Assembly: GCA_951406725.2 (NCBI GenBank)
Contig: OX597816.1
Coordinates: forward strand, 126,232,001 to 126,296,000
DNA: 64,000 nt
Source: Octopus vulgaris
Lineage: Eukaryota
Direction of reading: 5' to 3'
The notes under the pieces are model-generated. The model saw only the letters and a list, made by a program, of their open reading frames with translations. It ran no database searches and had not been told where the DNA came from. This document shows positions 27,301 to 41,691 of the stretch, piece after piece (position 1 is the stretch's first letter; each line of letters starts with the position of its first letter). A program made the translations under genes and the position numbers.

Positions 27301-27708
27301 GTTGACAGGTACAAATCTCAAAAATCTAAATTACTTTCTAAATACAAAATATTTTGTTTTGTTCATATTTATAGTGATTAATTTATTTCATGACTAAATG
27401 TGCATCTCATCAAATGTCAGAAAAATGTGTCACACAATTGCTGACTGCTATATTTGATTAGTTTTCTCTTTTCTTTCTTAGAATAACAAAAGTATTCTAA
27501 CATAAGCAGATAAGTTCCATGAAAATCAATGAGTAGTAAAATGTGAAGAAACTTATTTCTTGTTTTGACGATACTAGTAACATACTTTATTGTTCACACA
27601 TTTTTAATATTTTCTGTTGTGTACAACATACAAACTTTTGTTTTTCCGTGAATAGAAAGCTATTTTGCATTAATTTAAATTGTTTTTTTAATGAAATCAA
27701 GTTTCTTA

Positions 27709-27779
27709 TCACTCTCTCTCTCTCACTCACCCTCTCTCTCTCACTCACTCACTCACTCACTCACTCACTCACTCACTCA
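27709..27779. repeat. (CT)n/(TCAC)n microsatellite
   Basis: Directly visible. Confidence 0.95.
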
Positions 27780-28317
27780 TATGACTTGATTCTGAATGTA
27801 ATAGCTTCTCATTTCAAACAATAAAAGTATAACTAATTGATATCAAAGGCAAGTTTTCAGTGAAATCAATTTAATAATTTTTTATATTAATTTTTTATTT
27901 GGGTACAGGCTATACATATATTTGGCTAGGATGAAGTCAATTAGACTGAACGAAGTGCATAGCTGATGCTTGTTTCATTGACCTTGAAAGACAAAAGGCA
28001 ATATTGAGCTCAGAATGATTTGAATTTAAAATGTAGAGGGATGTAGCTAAAAACAGTAAGACATTTTTGTCTATGGTCTATTTATTCCATGAATCTGTTG
28101 AAATATATTATCTATATATACTTTTAGATAATTTAAATCATATTCTGTATATTTCAAATTGTTATAAAATTATTGTATCTGGTATAAAGAACATTTTACA
28201 TCTCTTCCAGTGTCACAAATTATGTTACATTTTCATTAGCAAATGCGATTTCTATTGTCACTAAACTACTCATGATAATTCTATATCTATTTTTGTTAAC
28301 ATTTGTTTCTTTATCCA

Positions 28318-28738
28318 TTTACTGCTTTCAGTCATTAGATTGCAGCCATACTGGAACACTACATTCAACAGGTGTTAGTCAACTATCTCACTCCCAGAAC
28401 TTAATGTAATACTTATATTATCAATCTTGTAAGGGATCAAAGCTGAAATTAACTTGGTTATAAAAGACTGCAACTATTATAAACCTAATACTGTGAGATA
28501 ATTCCCTTGACTGATTCCACCACCTTTTATCATATAACTACACACACACATGTATATATACATTCACATACAGTTGATTGGTTCCCACATAGTTTCCATC
28601 TATTTCATTTAAACCTTCGGTTGACTTGAGATCTTTGGTTAATCTATGGTAGTAGACACTTGTCTAAGATACCAGACAGGAGGCTAAAGCCCAGACACAT
28701 GTTGTGAAGGGAACTTCTTAAAGCAAACAGCCATGCCT
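28318..28738 (-). mobile_element. Decayed SINE of the 23600 family plus fragments
   Basis: tttcagtcattagattgcagccatactgg; agtagacacttgtctaag; acagccatgcc. Confidence 0.55.
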
Positions 28739-30089
28739 TTATTTTAGATGTAATAAATCAGATAATCAGCTTTCACTTTTTAATTTTTTTGTAAGTTATA
28801 GAAAACAAAATAACTAGATCTACTTTACAGTTTCATTTTTGGTCTTTTATCAATATCCTGTTTTTGCCTCTGTTAATTTTGACTGCACTAGTGAAGGTTA
28901 TTTGGTTATTGGTGAAATATTGTGAAAACAAAATTGCAGCACTTGATTTTTATTTGCTTCTGTTTACTATGTAACAGGTGCTTTTTCTTTGATTTAAAAA
29001 CTGTTTACGCTTTCAGTTATTTTCTTATTTTATCTAGAGAATGTCGTAGAACTTGAAGTATTTAAGTTGAGTCATCTATGATGTAGTTTTTATTCCAATT
29101 TTAATGAATGTGAGAGAGTGAATGTTACAATATCTCAATTCCACATCCAATAAACTATGGTATTGTTATGTCTATTTAAAGGAAAGCATTAAAAAAAGTT
29201 CCTTTGTAAAGAATGTAGATATTTACAAGAGAATATATTCTTTGTGCAGTGTCTTACATGTATGTTATGATGTCCAACCCATACCAGTTTGGATAGCAGG
29301 CCTAATATGATGATGATAATGACAACAATGTCGTTGACTATATGCCTGTTATAATATCAATCATTCAACCATAATGTAATTGTTACATCTGCTTTTAGGC
29401 AGTCTGCCTAGGAATGCAATGAAGTGATATCATTTGGAATCTTTGAAATTTTGTGGTTAATTTTTTACTTTGTGATTTTGAAGTTTTGATGGGAATATAT
29501 TTTTAACTTATACATAGCAATCATCATGCAACTGATGGGGAAAATATAATAGAATGTTCATTCTTCTGTCAATACTATAAAAAAATACTTCTTTGTTTAC
29601 TTCTTTCTTAAAAGCTTATACTCTAATCCTAATTTCCCACTATTCACAAATTTCAAAGGATAGCTTTTAAAATTTTATTTAGGCTCTTATTTCACTTATC
29701 TAAAAAATGCATTTATTGGATAATATTTACCATTGCATGAAAATATATTCTTTTGCCTATCCTTGTATTTTCTTTTATGGATTTCTTATTTTGATGTTGT
29801 CATTTACTGTTGTTCTTTGAATATATGTAACTTATCATTTTCTATTTGGATATATAATCGTAAATCATTTGGTATCAAATCTACAAGCAATACACAACCC
29901 TCCCCCCCTTTTAGTCACCTAAAAAAACAGGAGATATAACCATTTGTATATTTGTCCTCTTTTTTTATCCTTTAATTACCAGCCATATCTAGTCACTAAA
30001 GTAAAAAGGGCCAAAATATAAGAGTATTCTAAAAAAAAAACTTGTGTTTAACATCAATGCTCATAAGCACATGAAGATATACTGTATAT

Positions 30090-30500
30090 GACTGCATGAC
30101 CTTCTGTGCCTGAGAAGACATGTCAAGCTAAGTAAAACTGTAGCCATTCATGCATATGGGCAGGTTCTTGATGGCCCAGGCCAGTACCATGAAAAAGCAC
30201 TCATGCCAGTTCCAAGTGGGAAGCTCTTGTGCTGGCACCATGTAAAAAGTACTTGTGTTAGCACCACATAAGAAGCACTTGAGCTGGTGTCACATAAAAT
30301 CGTCCATTCTGGTGCCACATAAAAAGCACCCAGCACGCTTTGTAAAGTGGTTGGCATTAGGAAGGGCATCCAACTATAGAAACCTTGCCAAAACAGACAA
30401 ATGAAACATGGGCAACTCTCTCACTGGTCAGCTCTTGTCAAACTATCTAACCAATGCCAGTATGGAAAGCTGATCTTAAATGATGACGATGATGATGACT
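30090..30500 (+). mobile_element. RTE LINE 3'UTR/tail fragment
   Basis: ggcaccatgtaaaaag repeats, gtggttggcattaggaagggcatcc, (GAT)n tail. Confidence 0.8.
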
Positions 30501-30949
30501 TGTTGCATTGTTTTGTTTTTGTTTTGTTTGCTTGCTTTACTTGTCCCATGTATATATTATCTTTAACAACCAGCATAACTTCCATTGCATTATGCAGGCT
30601 GAATCCTGTCGTCATTATCTTTATCATCAATCTCATTTTGGCATCATGAGTTTGGCAAGAACTCAGCATGGCGTTACTCAACTCAATCATAAGGCATCCT
30701 ATCAGTGGTGCTCAAAATACTCAACTTCAGTCTTCCATGTTTTCCTCATACTTTCTCCAGCACAAGTATCTTTTACAATTAGTACATGACACATTTTAAT
30801 AGATAGAAATGCAATTTTAAGGATCAAATAAAGGTTATAAGATAACTAATTCCCAGATAAACAAGTTTATTTTAAAATGTTAATACACAAAAAGCTAAAT
30901 ATAGTCTTCAAACTATTAGCATTTAAGAACTTAAAAGTAAATTCAAAGT

Positions 30950-32670
30950 AAAGAACTGGTTAGCAAATTTAAGATATAAAAATAATTTAGGGGGAATTAA
31001 AAGCAATCTGCAACCACTAGTGATGGTTACTAAAAAGCAAAATGGTTTAAGATCAGATACAAATAAGTGAGTGAGTTTTAAACTAATACCTGAGACAAAT
31101 GCAACACCAACGTTCTGAGGATTGACTGGAGAATGAAAAGTTGAAACAGAACACTGAAAGGGCAGAAAACTATGAATCATGTGAAAGATATTAAAGAAAA
31201 TGTAAGAAAAAGGGAAAATAGAACTTTATCAGATATTGGCAGTATCTAAAATTATTGTTGGAATTATTAAAGCAGAACTTAGAAACTAATGATTTTACAA
31301 TACATGAACTGGTTCTTAATCCCCATACTATATTGAATTGAATAGTATTAAATCTGACTGTCCTGCTCCCCAAATATGAAAAATTTATTGAGGTAGAGAA
31401 CTACAGACTAATATACACCTTGTACAATATTTTCTTGGGAAAACTGACTAGATATATGAACAGCCATAATGCTTGGAATGACATGTAAAATGAGAAATAA
31501 TTAGAAGACAATGAGACAAAAGTGTTAAAAGGAAGATAAGTGTTATCTTCAATGACATGAAAGTACCAGGAAAGCCATTGTCATTTGAAGGTAGCAATGT
31601 TGTGTAATCAAAAAATGATGAGAGATTATATAAAGCAGAAAAGATAAGAGTGGGTATACAGAAGAGAATATTAGTAAGAATAAAACTTTTTAATCCACAG
31701 CAATGAATGAAGATAGACATTGCAAAAATAGGCACAATGATTGCAGTTGAAATCAAAATTCTAATAAGGAAACTAATCAAACAGGAACAGCCTGACAAAA
31801 ATCTAGTGAAAACTATAAAGTACATCATAGTTCCAGTTGCTGCATATGTAATAAATGTGGTTCACATCAGCAGTGCAGATCTAAATATGCTGGTTGAAAT
31901 CATTAAGAAAATGCTAGCAGAGAATCTAATGCTTAGCAGACAAGAGGATGAAAAATAACCATGAAAAGAAAATGGGCAGTAGAGCAGTTAAGGAAACAAA
32001 AGTTAGAGTAGCATATGTAACTGGATAAGTAGTGCATGGAAGCGAGTGATCAGGGAGAAATACTGTTATATTAAAAGAGAAGCAAAAATATCATACTTAG
32101 CAACAAAAAAAAAAGTATTGGGGAGGGAGTAAACACTAATGATAAAGAGATCAGATGGAATGGTACAAGGAATGAAAATGTAAAAGAGAATATGAAAATT
32201 AGTGTAGACAACCTAAAGCTTAAGTAGGATAAGAATTGAACTCTACATAGAAAAGTCCATTCAGAAAAAAAAAGCATGCAGAAATTAGAAAATATCAAAA
32301 GCTAGCAATTAAATGCATTCTAAAAAGAAATATACAAGAAGATTGTACCAGTTGTGATTGATTACTTAGACAAGAGAATGTCCGACATTCAAAGAATAGA
32401 AGTAAGTTAATTAGGAGAAAAAGAGTAATGTAGGAAATATGTATGCAAAAGATTATTGCGTGATTGTGATACAATGTTGAGAAAGGTACAATCTGTAATT
32501 TTCCAAATGGACTACTCTTAGGTCTTTAAAAGGATTCATGAATCTTTGGTAGCCTGGAATATTCTGGCTTACTATAAGTGACTATGAAAAATAAAATAAT
32601 ATTAGTCAGTTTACTTGAAGTCTTGAGAAATAAGTGCTGAAGAAGCTATTAGAATACAAAGAGCACTGTA
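30950..32670 (+). mobile_element. R4/Dong-like (RLE-type) non-LTR retrotransposon remnant
   Basis: LTVLLPKYEKFIEVENYRLIYTLYNIFLG (~31354-31440) and NLVKTIKYIIVPVAAYVINVVHISSADLNMLVEIIKKML..MLSRQ resemble R4/Dong RT and post-RT motifs. Confidence 0.6.
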
Positions 32671-32959
32671 AATAATTTTTTTTTTTTATCTTGGATAAGA
32701 TGTTCCTAGATGATAGAAAAAGTGGACAGAATTATCCAAGGAAATTGAACTATTGTATACTGGACAGCCATGACAATCATTACAACAAGGTGAACAGAGA
32801 ACTCTCAGTTGCTGAAATTAGAACCTTTACTGAGTGAAGCTAGAAAGTAAATTTTATTATTTAGTTCCACTGAAGTATTGATGCATTTTAAAATAAGCAT
32901 TTAAGAAAGTACTGCCATTCAAATGGAGCTATAAATAACAGTTTCTAATATACTCGTTA

Positions 32960-34470
32960 AAATTCTTCTTGACAATGGAAAAAAATCAACAGAATCTCTT
33001 ATGGAAATCAAGGAGTAAATTTGTAATATACTTGAAAGCTGTGATGGATTACAGTTTGATTTTGTGATTTGATTCCTATTGGTGAATATGTACAAATATG
33101 AAGGGTCCTCAGAAGTAGTAGATAGTTTCTAGGTGACCTATTTAGCAGTGGAAGAGGATGTTCTGAAAATGTATAATAGCTAGCTTAAGAAGTGGCTGGA
33201 GAAAGTTCAGTGTCCTAATACCTTTGCTGGCAACAAAAGGTCTCTCTGTTTCCCATTCTCTTTGCCTCTTTCTCTTTCTCTCTCTCTCACTCTCTCTCCA
33301 TTTCTCTTTCTTATGCACACAGAATGAAAGGGAGTTTGTATGTTGTTTGTATACAAACAGTAATGTTACACAGTAGTGAAAAATGGGCCCTGAATACGGG
33401 GGACATGCGAAGACTAGAAAGGATTGAGGCTAGCATGCCTTTCCATTGTATTTGAAATATCAGCTGGCATGCACAACAAAGTGCAAAACTATTGAGAGAA
33501 ATTAGGCAAAGAGGAATCAGATGTATGCTAATTTGGTCATATGCTGCATATGGATGAGAGCAGCTATCTATGAAGTGCTGATTGCTTAAAGTACATGGAA
33601 CCAGTGTGAAAGGGGGAGATCCTGGAAGGCAAAAGCTGATCTCAAGATATTGAACCTCACTGAGGAGATGATAAAGGACTAAGATATTTGGTGATTCTCT
33701 GTAATTAAAAAGGTCCACCTATCATGGTGAAAGTGAGGTCCTAAAAGAATAATATTTATGCCAGTATATTCTGGGCCCAGCCTCCAATCTACTCCTATCA
33801 ATTATTCACTATAGCAACCCTTGTGTTTCTCTGACCTCCATCTTTGTCTCTGTACATCACCATCTTCCTCTACTCTCATACCATACACATCATCTCTCTA
33901 CTTTCTGATCTATCTACAGATTTATGATTCTGGTGCTTTTCACTCCTCTGCTGTTTCTTGTTTCCTCCATAATGATATTTACATCAGCCACACTCCTGTT
34001 CATTCCTCACTGCTTCCTTATAGACCCTATCTCTAACAACCTATCATTCTCGTCACACACTCTTATGATGGAGCACACTCTCTCTTCCTGCTGATCCACA
34101 TCAATACTCTCCCTTATTTTTACCTTCTTGTACTGTAAGAGTATGCTTTGTCACGCCTTCATTTCAATTTTATCTTTCTCCCAGAAACTGTTATCCACTC
34201 CCAGATAATGAGGAGTAACCATGTATCTCATCTGTAGCAAGATACCTATGCTTTCTCTTTCATATTCTAACCTTCAACACCTGACATAAAGCCACCTCCT
34301 CTCTTTCAAGTACACTCCTACTGAGTTTAGAGACTTCTTCCTTTCTTTTCTTTGTTTTGCAAGTTACTTGGTGATCTCAAGTTACTTGGTGACCTGCAGT
34401 TTGTTGGATCCTGTTGAAGTGTCCAGTCCAAGCCAGCATGTAAAATGGACTATAAATGAGGATGTTATAT
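32960..34470 (+). mobile_element. RTE LINE 3' part with pyrimidine-rich 3'UTR
   Basis: VCIQTVMLHSSEKWAL..DMRRLERIEASM at ~33345-33440; CT-rich UTR 33770-34360; tail aagccagcatgtaaaatggac. Confidence 0.75.
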
Positions 34471-34589
34471 AAATCTACCAATTGCCAGCAAGCCATAGCA
34501 CAACTTTTCTTATCTCTCATAGATACATATGCTGTCAAACTGTAGTGAACCAAACAACCTTACTACTGAAGGCACACCCTTTTGTATGC

Positions 34590-36270
34590 TCCAAAAATTT
34601 AAGGCTACAATCATAACTGTTGACATAATGAACAGTAGGTCTGCTGAGTCTGAAAAGTTGTTAGAACAGACATAAGTGGATATGTGCTGTGTAAAAGATC
34701 CTCAACCAAACTCCTCACTAGCAAGAGACAACTGTACAAACTTTTCTGAGTGAGTGATAGTGACTGTAGGGACAAGTTGACATTCTGCTAACTAAGAAAT
34801 TGATAAAGAAATTGGAGTGATTAGGGTGTGTGATAGAAAATTTTAGATGACTGTAGCTATAAGCAGCTTAACAGCAATATTTATCTCTGCATATGTGTCA
34901 CAGGTGGAACTGAAAAGCAGCTTTTATGGGGCCCTTCTGCTGATTTCCTCAATGACAACAGCAACTTCATTATCATGACTGGTTACTTCAACGGACATGT
35001 TGACCTACACAAGGATGGCTTCTGTGACATACATGATGGCTAAAATATTGTTTAAGAAATGAGGTGGGTGTAAGGCTTCTGCAGTTCTGTGATCCAACTG
35101 ATCTAAAAGTTTACAACACATACTTTAAGAAACCCGTCAACCACATCATCACATATCAGTTTGGTGAACTTATAAGTCAAATAGATCATACTATCACCAA
35201 GATATGGGATAGAAGAGCTATCATAAATATCAAAATCTTTTCTAGCAAAGAATGCACTTCAAGATATAGATTAACAGCTTCTGACTTAAGAGTTAGAGCT
35301 ACACTGACATTGGAAAAGAAGACAATATGAAATATAAAAGACCCTACAATTGAGAATAGATTTAGAGAAATTTTAATTGATGCATCTGACTTCAAAGTGA
35401 AAGATTTAGATCTGTAGTACATATGGCAATCACAAATAAACTGTTTAAGGCTTCAGAATAGCCTACCTAAGGCTACAGATCTGACATGTGACTGGGGTAA
35501 AGTCACAACCAAACAGAAGATAAACTTGGTGGTGGAATGACATGACAGCCTTAGATAACATGGATAGAAACTGGTAGTAGGATGGGCATTATCAAAAGCC
35601 TAGAAGAGCAGCTAGGTAACAAGTATATAAGGCAGAAGCAGAGATTTATATATCCTGCAATGTGAGAACGAGAGGCCTGAAGTGTTCAGGTTTGTAAGAC
35701 TGGGAAATAGAACTAAGATATTGATACAAAGTGTATTCAGAATAATGAAGGTATACTAACTATAAGTATGGAAGACAAGAAAGTGGAATGGAAATGCAAT
35801 TGAAAGTGGCTACCAAATATGGAGAATGCATGGGATATAGAGGCATTATTCTTGCTGATTCTACTGAGAGACCAGCAATTCGAGTTGACAGCTGTATGAT
35901 TGATTGAGGCTGACAGCAGTATAATTGAGAAAGCAATTAAGGCCATAAAGAGAGTAAAAGGTATGGATCCATCAGGGGTAGTTGTGGAGATGGTCAAAAT
36001 ATTTGATGAGATAGGATACATGACCACCACCCAGATAGTTGATCAAGTTCTACAGGAAAGCATTATACCTACTAACTTGCATAGCGGTGTCATCATGAAC
36101 TACTACAAAAGCAAAGGTAATATTTTAGTGAATAATTGGAATTATAGAGCAATCAAACTATTGGGTCAGGTTATGGAAAGAGTCATAGGCCAATAGATCG
36201 GTGATAATAGATCTTGAAGAAATATAATTTATCTTTATGCTGGTAAGAGATACCATGGATGCAGTCATCA
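34590..36270 (+). mobile_element. RTE LINE 5' part: APE endonuclease and RT N-terminus, decayed
   Basis: VDMCCV, IMTGYFNGHV (GDFNGHVG), RLLQFCD..LKVYNTYFKKPVNHIITYQ..SQIDH, KAIKAIKRVKGMDPSGVVVEM, NYRAIKLLGQVMERV. Confidence 0.88.
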
Positions 36271-37315
36271 CATCTGACTCTAATAGTCTACAAAATTATA
36301 TTCATTGCACGATACAATTTTATTGGTGAAATTTCACCAATATTTCTCAATAGCAGTCAAATTTACATCTACACATTAAAACGGCAAGATGGAATAAACA
36401 ACATTCTCGATATGATGACTCCATCCTAAGTCTAGGCTCATTTTAGTGTAATTTTTGGAGAAACATGTTTACTTAGTAATTAGTTCATCCGTTTGTTGAA
36501 ATTCTAGCTCAAACTCAATATTCATGACAGTGCACACTTTCGCTGCATGTGAATTCATCAATTTGACAAACAGGGTCAGTATACCACCTTCTTTACTTAC
36601 CTGGCACTTTTTGCCATATCATGGCCAGATTTAGCAGTGACCATATCAAATTTGTGAGAGTTTTTTTTTTCTTATGATATAAAAATCTTGAAGAAAATAT
36701 ATTTTCTTCTAAGTGAAAATTAAAGATAAAATTTTCACTTCTATACTCTGTAACGATTATCTGACATACCTCCATCGATTTTTATATCAAATGAAAACAG
36801 TTCATGAGCGTATGATTTTTGAGATAATTCAAGTTATAGCAATTGCTCTTGAACTAGAACAAAAGCTACTGTTCATTAGTACAAAAGGGAAAAAAAAAGT
36901 GGGACAAACTTTGTAAAGGCATAGAAATACCAAGGTGTTTGAAGGACCCTGACATGGTATGTAACTGTCGATTTTAATTAAATCTGTGAAGAACATGCAT
37001 ATCCAGAACTTTCAAATGATATATAATTTTCTATGAAAAAAATTTGTTTTGACATGAAAATAATGAAGCAAAAGGTGTATTTTTGTGTGTTCAAATGTGC
37101 TTGTCACCTTTCCACAGTATTCTATAGTGATACTTAATTCTATCTTACTTTCTTATGAATATTTATATGTAAGTTTTGTGTTTTATAAATCTTTAATCTC
37201 TTCAAGTATAGATATAATACAATGTTTTTTATCCTTCTTCTCATTTTTGTGTATTTTTTTCTGTTCCACACCTATTTTTGAATCTCATTGAGCCTTGTGG
37301 TTAATAAAGAAAATA

Positions 37316-37331
37316 TTATTATTATTATCAT

Positions 37332-37363
<32 letters not shown>

Positions 37364-37375
37364 ATTATTATTATT
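37316..37375. repeat. (ATT)n microsatellite
   Basis: Directly visible. Confidence 0.95.
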
Positions 37376-37888
37376 AAGACAACAAGCTGGCATGTGGTGA
37401 ATGTAGGAGATTAGAAGTAAGACACCTACCTTCTCTTTGTCGATGCAGACCTCTCCGATGGTAACCTACCCTTCCACGTAGCCCAACCTGAAACGCTAAG
37501 AATAGCAGCTGCTGTCCCTCACTTTGTCAAAGTGCTTACACGTCCAGCACTCTCAGCTACCCCAATCGTAAAAGCCCAATCGTCCCCTGTCTGCACTCGT
37601 GTCACCTACGTGCCCATCCTCTTCTGGTCAGCTCCCAAGTTCCGGTCAGCTCCCCAGCTGCTGATGTCATCCCACATGGCAGAATCGTTAGAATGCTGGG
37701 CAATATGTTTAGCAGCATTTCATCTGTCCTTACATTCTGAGTTCAAATTCTGCCATGGTTGACTTTGCCTTTCATCCTTTCAGGGTCAATAAATTAAGTA
37801 CTAGGGTAATACTGGGATTGATGTAATCGACTAGTCCCCCACCCCAAAAATTTCAGTCTTTGTGCCTTTAGTAGAAAGGATTATTATT
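37376..37888 (+). mobile_element. tRNA-derived SINE with Deu/Nin-like domain, split by a solo LTR
   Basis: gctggca|gaatcgttag, B box gagttcaaattc, gactttgcctttcatcctttcagggtcaataaattaagtac, (ATT)n tail. Confidence 0.85.
37393..37676. mobile_element. Solo LTR (284 bp) with 5-bp TSD
   Basis: Starts TGTGG and ends CCACA; flanked by TGGCA at 37388-37392 and 37677-37681; removing it restores the SINE head gctggcagaatcg. Confidence 0.85.
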
Positions 37889-38700
37889 GTAATTATTGTT
37901 GAAATCATTGGAAAAAATGTGCTTCAATTCCTGTCATGCTCAACTTGATGCTTCATACTTCCAAGATTGATAAAATAAAGAACCAGTTAAGGAGTAGAGT
38001 CAGTAATATTAACTAGCCCCATCCCCTCAAAATATCTGGCTTTGTGCCTAAATTAGAAACCACTATTATGTTATGTTATTCTGAGGGATGTCACTCTGAG
38101 ATTTGGTGAGAACAAGTCTCTTCTGATCTCAAGAATCTTTGTGAGGAATTTTGCAGAATATAGAATGGCACTTTTCTGAAGATCAAAGATCAACAATATG
38201 TGTCTTGATTCCAACATCAGCCAAACTCTAAGGTAGTAGTTTATGTATTGTACAAAGAGCATTAATTACCACAAGAACACTCAAGTACTATATTTTCCCT
38301 AATTTTTCTGTCTTCTCTTTCTTTTATATTAACTCTTCTATCATATAGGATTGTGAAGTCAATGATCTCACACTGTTTGTTCTTTCTCTTCTCCACAGTC
38401 ATATCTCGTCAGTTTGCTTCATATTATGCTTATTTTCTATGAAGAACTCCCATAAAATCCGGTAATTATTTATTCACCATGACAGCCTCTAGCTCGTGTT
38501 CATATTATTTTTCTTACACATCAAATCTACAAACTGGCTCACATCCTAATGCTCATTTTTGGTGATACACTTCAACTTGATTTTTATGTTAGATTATTGT
38601 ACTTGTTTTGGAGATGGTTAATACTTTTATCAGCTTTCCTATATTTTGTACTTACTTGTCTAACTGAGGATTATCAATCTATGTGTTTATGAGATTTGTT

Positions 38701-38928
38701 TTAACCCTTTTGTTACTGTATTTATTTGGAGATGCTCTGTGTTTCTTTCAATTACTTTAAATATAACAAAGAATTTAGTAAAATAACTTAGTTATCATTC
38801 AGCTAGTGTTAGGAACATAAATTGTGACTAAGGTTTGTTGGAAGATTTTAATTCAGAACGATTGAAAACAAGGCATTTGTACTCAGAGACAGAGCCAGTT
38901 TCAGCCAGGTTGGTAATGAAAGGGTTAA
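38701..38928. mobile_element. MITE with TTAA TSD and CCCTTT...AAAGGG termini (piggyBac-type)
   Basis: TTAA-cccttttgttac ... gtaatgaaaggg-TTAA. Confidence 0.8.
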
Positions 38929-39005
38929 TGGTGTGTTTCTGAGCAGCTATAATCAGTGATTCACTTTCTTGTTTCAGATTTATTATTATTTTTTATTTTT
39001 TATTT

Positions 39006-39372
39006 CTGCTGAGGTCGACTTTGCCTTTCATCCTTTCAGGGGTGATTAAATAAGTACCAGATATGTCCTGGGGTCAATGTAATTGACTTAATTCCTTCCC
39101 CCAAATTTCAGGCCTTGTGCCTACAGTAGAAAGGATTATTATTATTATCATTATCAAGGCAGCAAATTGGCAGAATCGTTAGCATACTGAATGAAATGCT
39201 TAGTGGTATTTTGCCTGTTGCTGTTTTCTGAGTTCAAATTCCACTGAGATCAACTTTGCCTTCATTCTTTTGGGGTTGATAAAATAAGGACCAGTTGAAC
39301 ACTGGGGTCGATGTAATCGACTCATCCCCTCTCTTAGAATTGTTGCCCTTGTGGCAATATTTGAATCCATTA
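39006..39372 (+). mobile_element. Two tandem Deu/Nin-like SINE copies (39006-39140 truncated; 39156-39372)
   Basis: Both contain actttgcctt(t)catc/tcttt...aaataag.accag and (ATT)n tails. Confidence 0.85.
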
Positions 39373-39685
39373 TTATTATTACTATTATTATCATTATTAT
39401 CATCATCATTATTATTATTATTATTGTTTTATTTGTTTGGTTTTGTAGTTTCTGACATGAGTTGAAAGTTTCCCTTCATTGTTCTTTCTCTATGATTTCA
39501 TGGTCATTATATCATAATTAAATTTTGGAATTTGTACTGATTATTCTTTTAAATTTATCCGTTTTTATTAAGGGTCAAGTGCTTTATTCAAACTGATATT
39601 CTATTCTTATCATTTAAATTATATTCATATTTCAAATTTTCAGGGAGCCAAAATAACTACTGTGTATGAATATTAGTAAAACAGT

Positions 39686-39903
39686 AAAGCAGCAAGCTGG
39701 CAGAATTGGTAGTGCCTTGCACAAAATGCTTAATGACAATTCATTAATTTTTATGCTCTGAGTTCTAATTTCACTGAGATTGACTTTGCCTTTCATCTTC
39801 TTGAGGTTGATAAAATAAGTACCAGTTGAGCATTGGGGCTGATGTAATCAACTTACCCCTCCCCTCAAATTGCTGGCCTTGTGCCAAAATTTGAAATGAA
39901 TAT
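39686..39903 (+). mobile_element. Deu/Nin-like SINE
   Basis: gcaagctggcagaattggtag...gagttctaatttc...gactttgcctttcatc...gataaaataagtaccagttgagc. Confidence 0.85.
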
Positions 39904-41691
39904 TAGAGGGGACAGTAAATTTGGAAGCACTGTACTCTAAAATATTGTCAAATCTTGCTCAACTATTTAACACTAACTTGAATAGAATATTATCGAAATG
40001 CTTTAAATGTTGACTATCCAGCATATTTGTTCTTTTTACGTTTAACCACCAAATCTTCTATCTTCTAGTCATTTGCCGCATGCATGTATCTTTATCCATC
40101 TTCATTTATTTTATTATGCAATCCAGTCAAATCAATATCATTATCTCTCACCATAAAAGCAGGAGCATGCTTCTGCATGTAAACATCAAACCATTGTAGA
40201 TGTGATTCCCATTTCTAAAACCATTTGTATTTCTCAGAAGCCACTAATGTGGATTTTATTTTGATTTAGTGCTATATTTTTCCCAGATCACAAGTTCTCT
40301 CAAACAGAAATCTATAAAAAAAAATTTAAGGTTATATTTCCCTGCATCTTTAAGTTATATGATAAAATCTAGCTTGACTTTTTACATTGACTATCATCTT
40401 TTGACATCTTTCCAAAAGTATTTTCTCAGTTACTAGATCCTTCTTAGTGAGATTTTCCATCTCTTTCTAAAGGTAAAAAGAAAATTGTGCTTATTCTGTA
40501 AAAGTTTTTCTTTGGGGATTATTCACTGTTCTCATATTCAAACGCATATGAATAACAACAAAATGAAATATAACTGAAGTGTATTTTCAAGATAACTGTT
40601 GAAATTTCTTAAAGAAAATATTTCAAATTCATATATAGAAAGATAATTGAAATATCCTGAATCTGTTAGTTCACAAAACAATATAGCTTATTTAACACTG
40701 AAATTTTCTTGATCATAAACTGAAAACTTAATTAGTAAAACCTAAAGCCCTAAATGAATATTAAAGTTATGCAAAAATAAGACACAAAATCAAACAGATT
40801 TTGTAAATGGTTTTTATGAAATATGATTAGTTATGATATAGCAAACTGAAATTCAAAGTACCTTGTAAAATATGTATCAAAATGAAAAATTAATAATTTA
40901 AGGAAATGCATACTCATTAGAATTTCAAAAGATTTCAGCAATTTTAGGAAACTGTTTATTTCAGTAATTCCAGCAGGTCATGATGTACTGACTGATGTGA
41001 GAAAAAAAAAAAAAAAGATTCAGTGAACTGCAATTTCATTCTTAGATAAGAAAGAAGACAAAAATCTAGCATCTCAAAGAAAAGGATAGATGTTATAAAA
41101 AATATTGAAAGCTAACTTCATGGAAAATTTTCATACTCATGAAGAAATATGATTTTTGTTGCCATGAAAGTGACAGTGATATTTATGATTTAGTCTTACA
41201 GAGGTTCATCAGTAAAGCATAGTTATCTCAAACCTACCAGACAAAGGGCAAACAATTCTACAAGTAGAGAAGGATTTGAAAACATTTTTAGCATTTTAAC
41301 TGTTGTAATTAGCATAATTGTTAAAGCTGAGCTAAGGAAAATAACTCAAATAGGTAACAGGAATTTAGATATTTTATGTAGGTGTTGCTTTACTGAATGG
41401 TGTGATTAAAAATTATTCACAGAAGAAAGAAAACAAAATCCTAAGGGACATTCATTTGCTGAGCAACCTAATATCTGACATGATTTATCTGAAAAGTAAG
41501 ATAAAAAAAAAAAATAGAAGAAAGAGTTCTTGAAGAAGGTATTGTCAAAAAGCTGACTCACCTTGTACATGTACGTACATAACATACACATATACATATT
41601 ACAGATAATTATATATTTGTATAATATATTTGTGTGCATGTGTGTAACATATATACACAGACATTATATATACATTACAAATGATATATAT

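Noticed and set aside
36280-37070. Probable DNA-transposon/MITE relic, and a CAG|GTAAGT donor at ~36600 (minus)
   Set aside because: No TIR or TSD could be defined; the donor has no pyrimidine tract or supportable exon.
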